Of a DNA stretch of 64,000 bases, positions 23,342 through 34,234 are shown piece after piece (position 1 is the stretch's first letter; each line of letters starts with the position of its first letter). The stretch is from Phoronis australis (Eukaryota; Animalia; Phoronida): the NCBI GenBank assembly GCA_002633005.1, contig NMRA01000049.1, forward strand, positions 124,001 through 188,000, given 5' to 3'. Under the pieces are notes generated by a model that made no database searches, was not told the origin of the DNA, and was given only the letters and a program-made list of their open reading frames with translations. A program made the translations under genes and the position numbers.

Positions 23342-24822
23342 TTTGAAGAAGAATGCTTACCGATAACATTTCAAAATTCAAAAACTCCACCGGCGTTAAT
23401 GCATGCTTGGCTATTCGGAAAAAATTATTTTTTCCAGGTTTTGGTAGACTGGCTTTATTAAACAGATTGATTTTCATTTGATCAACATATTTAGTATCAT
23501 ACAATACAGATAATTGTATAGTCGAAATACACACATAAATAAAACAATCGGTTAAATAAACTTACACTGGTCAACTTGATTACGCAATCTCACAACATAC
23601 AGCATCACGTTAAAAGTTCGTACTAATTGCTATGGTTACTCATAGTATGGCAAAGAACGATCATAGCAATTTTCATTTTCACTTAGAAGGAAATGATCCC
23701 TTGAATCATATATTTAGCCAAGTATCTGCAAAATTAGAGATTTTTACTCAGTAAAAGTTTATATTACCTGAAAATAGCAAGCCTGACTATTTACCAATCT
23801 GCCATTAATTGGACCACGTGACCCTATCTGTTCAGTAAAATCAAGCTAGTACAGAAAAAGATACACTCCTAGCAAAACGACAGTAGCAATTACATAACCA
23901 AATTTCGTTTGATATAAAATTAATGTTTATGATGAAATCTCAGAAACGTTCTCACAGTATTCTAAATTATCATTTTGTTTTCGTTTCATGCAACTTTAAG
24001 TTTTCCATAAAATCAAGAATGCCCCATTTTGATAAATAGTCATGCAAAAATAGAACATTTTAAAAACAATATCAGCGTTCTTGAGAATAGCAAATGATAT
24101 ACAAAAGCACAGTATCTGCAAGTTTTATATGAAACCGACTTGTCATTTCTTAGATGTGATGTTTCGAAGTTATCCATTTTTAGGAGGCCTACATAACCTT
24201 AAATGAAATGTTGAACCTGGTGCTGCGATGAAATATGACAATAATGCAGAGTTAAACGTCAGGTTTTAAAAGTAATTTTCCGACCGCCAGCTCCCTCATT
24301 CTCGGTAATAAATAAAGCATCGGTTTTATTCTTATTTATATGACAGGTCTGCAGTCCTCAAACTATCAGGATATCCGAAGAACATTGCTCACACACTTGT
24401 ATGAAATTATAAACTCTATTCGATGACTCGTGAACTCAGCCCACACTCACAAGGCACGGCTTACACACCGAAAAATTACGGCTCTCATTTGTTTACACAT
24501 CAACCATTGACGTCCTGCCGTTAGTACATTTGTCATGTTCAAACTTTCTAACTTGTCTCGACAAATTGAAACACGTGTTCTGAAATGAACAATAAATGAA
24601 ATTTCACAATTATTCGATCATAAAACACAATCTCAGTAATTGGTTTATCGCAAGCCGTCCGACATTTGCGAGTAAAATTTATTTAATGGCGCAGGTGAAC
24701 AAACATTTCTTGAGTTAACTCTTTACGCAAGCTACATTAAAAACGTTGCTAGAGTTGTTTCGGGTGTATACGAATATTTACGACATAATACCGTTGCCCC
24801 AGGTACCCAGAAATGCTATACC

Positions 24823-24860
24823 TATAAAAGCAAAAAGCAACAATGCTCTGTTGTCAGATA
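24823..24860 (+). promoter_or_regulatory. TATA box and initiator-like site
   Basis: TATAAAAG at 24823-24830, TCAG about 30 bp downstream, ATG at 24883. Confidence 0.6.
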
Positions 24861-24882
24861 AACGTACGACACTCAGCGAAAC

Positions 24883-25465
24883 ATGAAAACAGCACTGTCT
24901 GCATTACTTTTAGGCCTGTTCTGTGCTAGTCGAGTCAGCTCGTTAAGATTCATACCAGGCAAGCAGGGACCGATCGGGGTTCCGTCTAATCGCGGTAAAT
25001 TTCCACCAATTGGGTTCCCTTGGCCACGCCTACCAACGCCGCCACCAACAACACGTCGCCCACCACCAACAACAAGTCCATCAACAACAAGACGTCGCCC
25101 ACCATCAACAACAAGTCCACCAACAACAACAAGTCCACCATCAACAACAAGTGCACCAACAACAACGAGTCCACCAACAACAACGAGTCCACCACCAACA
25201 ACAAGTCCACCACCAACAACAAGTCCACCAACAACAACAAGTCCACCAACAACAACAAGTCTACCACCAACAACAAGTCCACCAACAACAACAAGTCCAC
25301 CAGCAACAACACGTCGTCCACCACGGCCGCTGTCTACAACGCTCCGACCGACGCCATCACCACAGCCAACACATCGTCAGCATCCATCGTCAACATCGTC
25401 GACAACACGCTGGCCACCCATTTTGGGCGAAATCTTCGGGAAATCTATTAGTGGCCCACTAGCAT
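24883..25465 (+). CDS. exon 1: signal peptide and Pro/Thr/Ser mucin tract
   Basis: Hydrophobic N-terminus, repeated PPTTTS units, GCAT|GTAAGT donor. Confidence 0.85.
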
Positions 25466-28400
25466 GTAAGTTTTGTTTCTATTATCATCAAAAGTTTTGT
25501 GTTAACTTCTGTTATCCCGAACGTAATGTGATTAAAGTTGCAAAGACATTCCCGTTGGAACGTATTGCAATTTGTGAGCCACTGGATACCCAAAGTAACC
25601 AGTGGTTAAAACGTTTTTGATTTTAGACTTAAAGTCTTTCATCTTCATTTTAAATTATCACTTTTTAAAACGGATTTTAATCCCAAACAATGCTCATTCA
25701 ACACAACTTAACTAACTTAATATGAATTTTTAGTTCTTACTTTTATTTTGGGTGGTTTAACACCACCTAATTGACCACCGTAGTGAGTGGCAGGTGACTT
25801 AGGCACTCACTCATCTGCCCCTGTGTATTATGATGTTTCCTCGTAAACCCCGCACAGTTCTTAAAAAATTATTAGGGTATGAAGCAAAAACAAACGGACT
25901 GAAAATTACGAGACGTTAACATTTTAATTATATCGTGGTCTGGTGAATATCATCCTGTGTCCTAAATTAGAGAATGAAGGAAAAGTATCGTTAATTTCAG
26001 ATTTAATTAACATCCACCGTAGCGTCAGTTCAAAATAAATGAGACGTTGTTTACCACGCGTCCAAAATAACCTCCCACAAGGACAGGTTGCGACAAAAAA
26101 ATTAAAAACATCTTGTGCCACGTGAGTTAAAAAAACAACTTTACAGAAAAGTGTTAATGAAAACGTAGGATTTTGCTGATCGTGTAGTTGTCACATAAAG
26201 TGGATGATTTGTCGAAAGTTAATGGAATATGTTTGAACGGCAGCGTGCTTGGGAAGATAGCAATCCTAATACTTTGAAAATGATGACCCCCACCCGTTTC
26301 AAATTCGTGGTAACCGTGTGTTGTTATTCGTTTTTGTCACATCTTTTTGAAATTAGTTGCCTTGTCACGTTCGTTGCACCATGCATACCTATTATAGTGA
26401 AATTAATTCTCAACTCTTACCAAAGTCGAAGCAGAACTCGTTTTTGTAGTACTAGCATATGCGCACAGTTATGCACGTCGTCAAAATCCATAATCATCGC
26501 AAATACGTGTATTTTATTTATATTTCACATTTTTAGAACAATTGTGCAGATGCATAATTAGAATAAAAACACCAATTTACCAACAATGCACTTTGCTACT
26601 ACTGTTTAGTGATGACATATCTGGCACTAATATGACGCGTTTTGGGAATAAAAATGCACAGTCGCATAACATTCACAAGTCCTGGGTATTTTTTCATTCA
26701 CGTTACCACAGGTGCATTTTAGCACTTGAATTCTTTACGAAATTATGTTTAGGTCAGTCAGTGCGCAGTGCCAACAGTTGCAAACAGCCTGCTCCCGGGT
26801 TCTTGTAACGACGTTCGAGCCCCCCGAGCCCCCTCCCCCTGGGTGCACGCATGCAAAGGTAAACCAAGAACAGCACTTGATGACAAGGGGATAATGATAT
26901 TCTTCGGGATCGTTAAGTAAATTATCTGCGAAATGATTTAGAACTAAACCGGCCTCCCTCTCTCTCTCCCTCCCTCCNNNNNNNNNNNNNNNNNNNNNNN
27001 NNNNNNNNNNNNNNNNNNNNNNNNNNNNNNNNNNNNNNNNNNNNNNNNNNNNNTGTAAATGTAAATGCATGTGTAAATATACTCTTTTTAGGTTGCAAGC
27101 GCGCAGGGGAATTTGTCGCAGACTCACTATCACTCTGCCATTATTGGCGCTGTGAAAACAGCCTTCGACACATCGGTCTCCAGGCTAGGAAACAGAAATG
27201 TCCTATGGGAACTTACGTCAATCCCGGTTACATGCGAAACGTTATCAGTCCATGCACCAATCACATTCCTTCGGTGAAGTTCAAATGCGATCGGAGGGGT
27301 GCACCGAACTTCAAGCATTTTTGCCCTTGGGAGCCAGAACCAAAAGGTAATGTATGGGTTTGTGTGAGGATTTTGAAAATGATTCCAATGGTTATAGACG
27401 TTTGATGCCTGTTTTGGTGCATTTAAAATGTTAAATAATTGAAAAATGGTGTACAACCGATATGACTCAAACCTTTCAATTCCATATCAGGAAAATATTT
27501 TGGCGACTTTCCAATGCCTTTGGTGCATTTTTTTGTCATGAACGGCTTTTGTAGAACTGCGCCGTTCCGTCAAGTGTTTTTATGCGTTTTATACTTTTAA
27601 AATAGGAATTTGAAGCACAAGAAATTATACGAAATCCAAAATCAATTGTCAATAAGCAACTGGGTGGAAAATCGTTTTAGGAGTAGTGTCAATGGTCTAC
27701 TTCGACGATGTCTTCACATCTGAAGTAGGTTTACCACTGAATAGAGTTCTAAACAAGACTACAGTTCATTCTCAGTCGATCAAAGTAACTTGGTTACTAT
27801 ATTCGGGTGCATCCCGTACATTACCTTCGACCAATTCATATCTTTGTTTTGCTTTCATCATTTCCCTTCTCGTGATACCCAAGTTGTACTCATATTTTAT
27901 CCCCGTCTGGTTCACCTGCATCGTCGCGTGTCCTTATGAAAAGAATAAATGACCAAATTTGTAGGAGCACGAACGTCAGTAAGAGGCGATCAAGCTCGTC
28001 GTGGTTGTGTCACCGCAGTAATATTTCGCAGAGAAAAGATAGCCGAAAATCAAATCCTTGTTATCTAACAATTTCGGTTCAAAATGTCGATAAAAGTGCT
28101 TCGTAGTGTCTAAATATTAATAATAAATTTCATTGAGCTGGCTATGGAAGAATTTGAATTACGCTTTTTTGTCTCATAAAATCGCTTTCGTAGCATTCCT
28201 CAGTGTGATAGGATTCCCTTTCCGATGACGACAGCAAACGTGGAGACCATCAGCTTCAGAGTTTATGGGAGCTAGCCAACCATAAAATTTTGGATTGAAG
28301 TATGGGCATGCATGTAATGCCTATGACTTGAGTGGCCTGCTCATTCGGTAATAATTCAAGATCGGATGAGATTGGAAATACTTCTAAACACAAACCGCTT

Positions 28401-31400
28401 CATTTAAAGATACATAGTCTCATTAAATCTTGAATGTGCAAATGAAGTTCTAATTTACAAACAACCCCGGGTCCTCCAGTGTAAGAAACCATCCGAGAGC
28501 CAGTTACCATTACAATCTCACGAAAGACTCGTTCTGCGAGACTATGTAAATTAAATGAGTATGGTAATATTTCATCAAGGCCCTAATGAAATAAGGCACA
28601 GTTTTTTATTATTTGTTCATTTTTTATCAAATAACGGTTGTGTAATATTTGGAAATACTAGTTTTTTATGTTCAAACTTGTTTTTAAGTGTAACAGGTAG
28701 TGTTTTATTTAAAACCGCAATTTATTTACAAAGTATGTCTTTTCCTGATTATACTTATTCACATAGTTCTCCAGTAAGTAGGTGGCACTTGCTACAAATT
28801 TAAATATTCACGGTTTTAATGATGACACATAGCATCTTTAAGCATTCGATATTTACAGCTTGACAGAAGCATAGAACAGCCTAAATTGTGCTCAAAGTGA
28901 TTCTCTGTTGTTAGTAAAACAATGGCATTTATGGATTTAGGAAATGCTTACTGGTTTTTGTGCTCATCGATATGATTAGGGGCGGAGAATCTGAAAACTG
29001 TAGTGGAATGAAAGACTAATATTTCGTCTGAGTTTCAAAATTAATGAATCTATCTATTTCTATATCCCCTGGCGCGAGCAGCGTAAAAATGTACCGTTGC
29101 CGATTTGGGCAACTGAACGAAGGACTGTTCGAAAAAAAGTTCGGTGGCGGGAGTGTTTGTTCGAGTTGAGAAGAGTTAAAGAAGAAATCAATGGCCTCCT
29201 CTAAGGCGTCCCTCTATGCGAAAAGGTACTTACAGCAACACTACTTGGTTCAATCAATGTGAGGCATAATTCGCCGAAAAGTTTCCGGCGTATGGAGTGC
29301 CTATGGAATGACCACCGTCGCTTACTCGGGAGCCACCTGTTCATCCCAAGTAAATCCACCACGCTTGTTTAAAGGTATTCTTTTACGAGTTTTCGCGTTC
29401 CAGGCCCCTCATTGAATGCGTGTTACATTGTAGAGCCGGCTTGCTACAGTTGCAGTGTTCAACTGACGGGATACAGCGATACGTTCTCTCGAGGAGGGTT
29501 TCCCCAGTGCGCGCTCAAAGACTGGAAAAATGACGAGAAACATCTGGACAAGCAATATTGCGAGGGTGGGAAGTGCTTCGAGAGACTGTCGTACACAACC
29601 GATAAGAACGGTAAAAGTAAGTATATCGGAATTTTATATATTCTTTCAATTCTTGCTGAAATTTCACGATATTCAGGTTCAAGACGCATTGCGGATTATG
29701 AGAAATCAGGTCCTTTCACCACAAAACAATTTTCCAAAGACGTAAGTGTATAAGAATAGAATTCCAATCAACTTGCATGAAATAGTCCCAAAATGGGACT
29801 CGACCAAGTTCCCCTAATCTACTGCGTGTTTGTGGATGCCCTTCCATATGCAACGAACGACCTAATTTAAAAGGATACCAAACCCGGTTTTGGCCTAAAA
29901 CAACTTTCCCATTCCTTTCTCTGAAACAAATTAATGCTATGTAATCCTCAGCAATTCCCAAAAATTTTAAGGAAATTTTGAAAACTCTTTTCGAAGTCTG
30001 ATAAACCTCCGGGCTTTAGCGTGACCTATGCTTTTAGCGAATTACACGGCAACTGTGGGAAAAGAACACCAACCAAGGACCATAATGTCCAATCTGTGAC
30101 ATAGGATGTATGAGTTTCTAGTTGATTCCTGTCTTTAACTTGCTAGATTGACGCCGATGATGCGTTAAAAAATGGCAGAACGAGGACTGGTTGAAATCAT
30201 CCTAACAGGCTTTATAAGTAATTTTAAGGACTAAATCCCTGTTTTATTTTCATTGAACGAAGGGCTCCGTTTTAGTGAAATTTTTAGAAAACATAATTAC
30301 TCGAACAGGAGTTGATAATGAAGATAAAATGATAGAGAAATATTATGTTTGTGAGTAAATATAGACACAAATACGCAAACTTAGTTGAATCTCGATTTGG
30401 GTCTGTTCAAAGACGCCAGTGGCCGGTTACATGAAACAGTCCCCAATAAGAACTCAACTAAGGACTTTAAGTCTTTTTGCGTATTTGTGTCTGTATGGAT
30501 TCACAGATGAAATATTTTTCTAACATTTCATCTCCATTAGGAACTCCTCTTTGATAACTGACATTTTATAATAATATAAATAAAAACTGAGCCCAGAGTT
30601 CATCGAAAATAAATAGGGACTTAATCCTTAAATTGCGTGAAAAGATCCCTACTTATTTTCGATAATATTGACAATTTAACGTAGTGTTCACTCTCGATCT
30701 GTATCGAAGTCAAAAGCTAACTTAGTAATGAAACTAAAACAATATAAGAAAGGACAATCGATGTTTTCACAAGCCCACTAATACGCAGAAGATTTAGGGA
30801 ACTTAGTTTTGTCCCTATTTGGGAGTGTTTCATGCAACCGGGCACTGGAACGCGATAAATAGCATAAACTGCAATATTGAATGTGGTTCTCTGCCACTGA
30901 AACAGAATTCAACCTGCTCATCAGGTATTTTAAGGGTTTGTTCATATAAAATTAATTTCTGTTGATATCACAGTATTTTCTTTTAGTTTAAAATTTCAAA
31001 AATAAACGATTTGTCAGCAGCTCACCACTTCGTCGATAATACTCCCACGAAGCAAAGTACGTCTCCTTATTTGGTATGGCAAGACATTGACGTAGCACAT
31101 TTCCCCTATATGAAAAATGTGACCTTTGACCTCAAGCGACTTCAAGCAAGTGACTGTGAGTGCACGCACGCATGGGAGGAAGATTAGAAACTCTGTGGTA
31201 ACCACAGAGTTTTTCCTTCGCTCGTATTTCAAAAATCGTGGGTTTGTGATTTTTTATGGAATTTCCTCACAGAGGAAAGTGAATTACTCTGTACTAGACT
31301 TGTGAGATGGTACTTTGGCCAGGAATTGCTTAAAAGACATTTTTAACGAGCCTTTGCGTTCCATGCCTCTTTAATGCAATCAGGAACAAGGACCAGTGTC

Positions 31401-33994
31401 ATGAAAGAAACTTAAAGTGGCATAGAACGTAAAAACAGACTAAATTACATTAATCAAAACGATCAGGCATGTATTGATTGATGACCTAATGGAAAAATGG
31501 GCAGGCCTGTATTGACTGATGACCTATTAAAACCTACATGTCTGTGGTGGCTGATGACCTATTAAAAAATGGACAGGTCTGTATTGACTAGAGATCTAAT
31601 AACATGCAGAGGTCTGTATTGACTGATAACTTAATAAAACGGACCTGTACTGACTGACGACTGAATGAAAAAACGGACAGCTCTGTATTGATTGATGACC
31701 TAATGAATGAACACGTCTGTATACTTTCTGATGATCTAATGAAAACACGGACAGATCTGTATTTACTTATGACCTAATAAAAAAACGGATAAGTCTGTAT
31801 TGACTGATGAGGTCTGTGTTGGCTGATTACCAAATACAAATGGATAGATCTGTATTGACTGATGACTTAATGAAATAATGGACAGGTCTGTAGTGACATA
31901 ATCTAATGGAAAAATGCACGGGTTTGTATTGAGTGATGACTTAATGGAAACACAGACAGGTCTGTATTGAATGATGACTTTATTAATGAAATAACGGACA
32001 GGTCTGTAATGACTGATAATCTAATGAAAAATACCAGGTCTGTATTGAGTGATGACTTAACGAAAAAACTAACAGGTCTGTATCCTTCCGAAATATGTAA
32101 CAGAAAAAATCGACACGCCTAGCTTACATGAAGTCTCCATGTATTTAAAAACACTAACAGTTCTCGGTGTTACGTTCTACATTTTTTTGCATGTTCTGAT
32201 TGAAGTAACAGTTGCACCCGTCTTACATCTTAGTCATATGCTTTTCTAATGGTGCGATTTCCATTGTTTCAATATTTTCCGTGTTTAATTCTTGGTAAAA
32301 TATATTTAATTTACATTTTTAAATAAACTTGTATTGTATTTCATTTCATTGTAGGTGTACTTTTGTTGTTATTATTCTTCTAAATGCCGGGTTAATATCT
32401 ATTTAATTTATTGTTACGCGGTGGTCAGCTATTAGCGGCCCCTGCCTTTGCTGGCCACTCTGTCATATAACAATGTATGTTTTTATATTATGTAAAAAAT
32501 AAAAGTTTCTCTCTGTTTCGTTCTCTCTTTTGAATGACGACCTGTATTAACTGACGATCTAATGAAAAAATGGACAGGTCTGTATTGGATGATGGCCTAA
32601 TGAAATGGCGGACAGGTCTGTATTGACTGATGACCTAATAGAAACGGACCGGTCTGTATTGATTAATGACCTAATGAAGAAAGGAAGCTCTATTGACTGG
32701 TGACCTCATGGAAAAAACGAACAGGTCTGTACTGAGTGATGACCAAATGAAATAATAGGCAGATCTGTACTGACTGATGACCTAATGAAAAGACGGACAG
32801 TTCTGTATTGATTGATGACCAGTGGAAAAAACAGACAGGCCTGTGTTGACTGATGACCCAATGAAAAACGGACAGGTCTGTGTTCAGTCTTTTTAAAATT
32901 GTGAAATGGGATCGTTCAGTGTTAATTCTTAAAAGAAGTAACAATGAACGATACCATATCACAACTGTTGAAAAAGATTTACAGCATAATATTCTAGGCA
33001 TGATTTAAATAACTATCCCAGTAACTAGCAGTTAAGTGCAAATTCTCAGCGACTGCACTTTTGCTCAAGTGAGATTTATTTTTCAGAAATAGTTGTGTGG
33101 CACACAACACCAAAATTTCACCGCTCTCAAATCTTAGGCTCATTTTTATGAACTACCCTTATCAACAAAAATTATAATGATGGGCACTGGTGTAGCTAGA
33201 AGTATGCACGTGTAGTTTTTGATTGAACACAATTTAGTACGTGTTGAATAAGCAATTGCGGCGCATTGAATATCTTAAATTATGCACGTTGAATAAGAGG
33301 ACAGAAAGGTATATGGATAACCGTTTAAACACTTTTTGTAGCTTCATGGTTCTGTATCTCGCGTTGTGCCTGTACCTCTAAGATTCTGTTTAGTTTGAAA
33401 AAATCGCATGGTGCCAAAAAGCATCTTTTTGAAAGATGTTTGCACTAACGGTATGATGTGGTTAGAGCTAATTAAAGATATTAAACCAGTATTCCATCAA
33501 GGAAGCAAATTCATGAGTTTTGTGATGAAAGGCAGTTTTATATGTACTTCAAAAGAAATTATTAACCGGAGTGTTTTTAACTGATAGTAAGACACGGGCA
33601 TTTTTTAATGTCACACACAATGCCTTCTTTCAGAAGCAGTGTGTTGGTTCTTTTAAAATACAGAGAGTTAGTGCCCCTGATTTACCGTTATTAACACAAT
33701 GAACCGAATGAATATCGCTCATTGAATCAACAGGAGATTCATTTTTCTTAATTGTATATATTCCCATTTGAAGTTCACCAGTGCCTTGACAAAATTAACC
33801 CTGCGTGTGACTTTAATTCATTGCTCATTATTCCAGAAATCACATGGTTATCACGAGGATGTGCCAGCCCGTGGTCACTAGGAGATCAAATTGACACCAC
33901 AAAGGACTGTGACCTACAGAATGGGGAACGATATCACTTCTGTGACGGACATCTATGCAACAACCAAGATGATGAAATCTGTACTTGGGTCTAG
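24883..33994 (+). CDS. secreted mucin / CBM14-like / Ly6-uPAR (LU) domain protein, ~392 aa; join(24883..25465,27092..27346,29434..29616,33837..33994)
   Basis: Four open exons, all junctions GT-AG and phase 1, total 1179 nt; an ancestral 33-nt micro-exon (26753-26858) is interrupted by a MITE. Confidence 0.72.
25040..25310 (+). repeat. coding tandem repeat (~18-bp CCACCAACAACAACAAGT units)
   Basis: Directly visible; encodes PPTTTS. Confidence 0.9.
26785..26853. mobile_element. tiny MITE inserted into a micro-exon
   Basis: 3' end GAGCCCCCCGAGCCCC...CTGGGTGCACGCATG matches family members at 51622-51858 and 62249-62499; TGCAAA duplicated at 26779-26784 and 26852-26857. Confidence 0.7.
27092..27346 (+). 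CDS. exon: chitin-binding type 2 (peritrophin-A/CBM14)-like domain
   Basis: CKRAGEFVADSLSLCHYWRC-x15-CPMGTYVNP-x9-C-x10-C; TTTTTAG acceptor, G|GTAATG donor. Confidence 0.75.
29434..29616 (+). CDS. exon: N-terminal half of LU/three-finger domain
   Basis: ACYSC...PQC...YCEGGKCF; TTGTAG acceptor, A|GTAAGT donor. Confidence 0.8.
29762..30850. mobile_element. ~1.1-kb foldback (nested inverted-repeat) element in an intron
   Basis: 29762-29840 pairs with 30775-30850; 30222-30380 pairs with 30475-30633. Confidence 0.7.
31440..32085. repeat. ~36-38-bp minisatellite, block 1
   Basis: Units of AATGAAAAAACGGACAGGTCTGTATTGACTGATGACCT. Confidence 0.9.
32530..32885. repeat. ~36-38-bp minisatellite, block 2
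   Basis: Same unit, separated from block 1 by ~450 bp of unrelated sequence. Confidence 0.9.
33837..33994 (+). CDS. last exon: C-terminal half of LU domain
   Basis: ITWLSRGCASPW...DC...HFCDGHLCNNQDDEICTWV*; contains the RGC and CxxxLCN LU signatures; TTCCAG acceptor. Confidence 0.85.
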
Positions 33995-34234
33995 AACCGC
34001 TCTACAAAACAAAGGAAAGCAATGCAAGCCATCAATCTTGTCGTGTTTTCACCCGTTAACAACATAGAATGAGTTTTAACAGAAAGACATTCCCAAAATA
34101 AGAACATTTCGAACGCACTACAATCCAGGGAACTGTGTCACTAAAATGTCCTAACTCCACGGCGTTTGTACAGAGTGTAAACGGACACTCAGACCAGTTG
34201 CAAATTGGTGACATCCTTCTCCGGTAGAGCTATA

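Noticed and set aside
22773-23534. Long ORFs across the N gap
   Set aside because: Artefacts of translating Ns.
24986-25462. Poly-Q/H, poly-N/T and poly-L/V ORFs (150, 143 and 112 aa)
   Set aside because: Alternative frames of the PPTTTS repeat; only the 24883 frame has a signal peptide and a usable donor.
31440-32885. CRISPR-like array
   Set aside because: Contiguous degenerate units with no unique spacers, in a eukaryotic intron.
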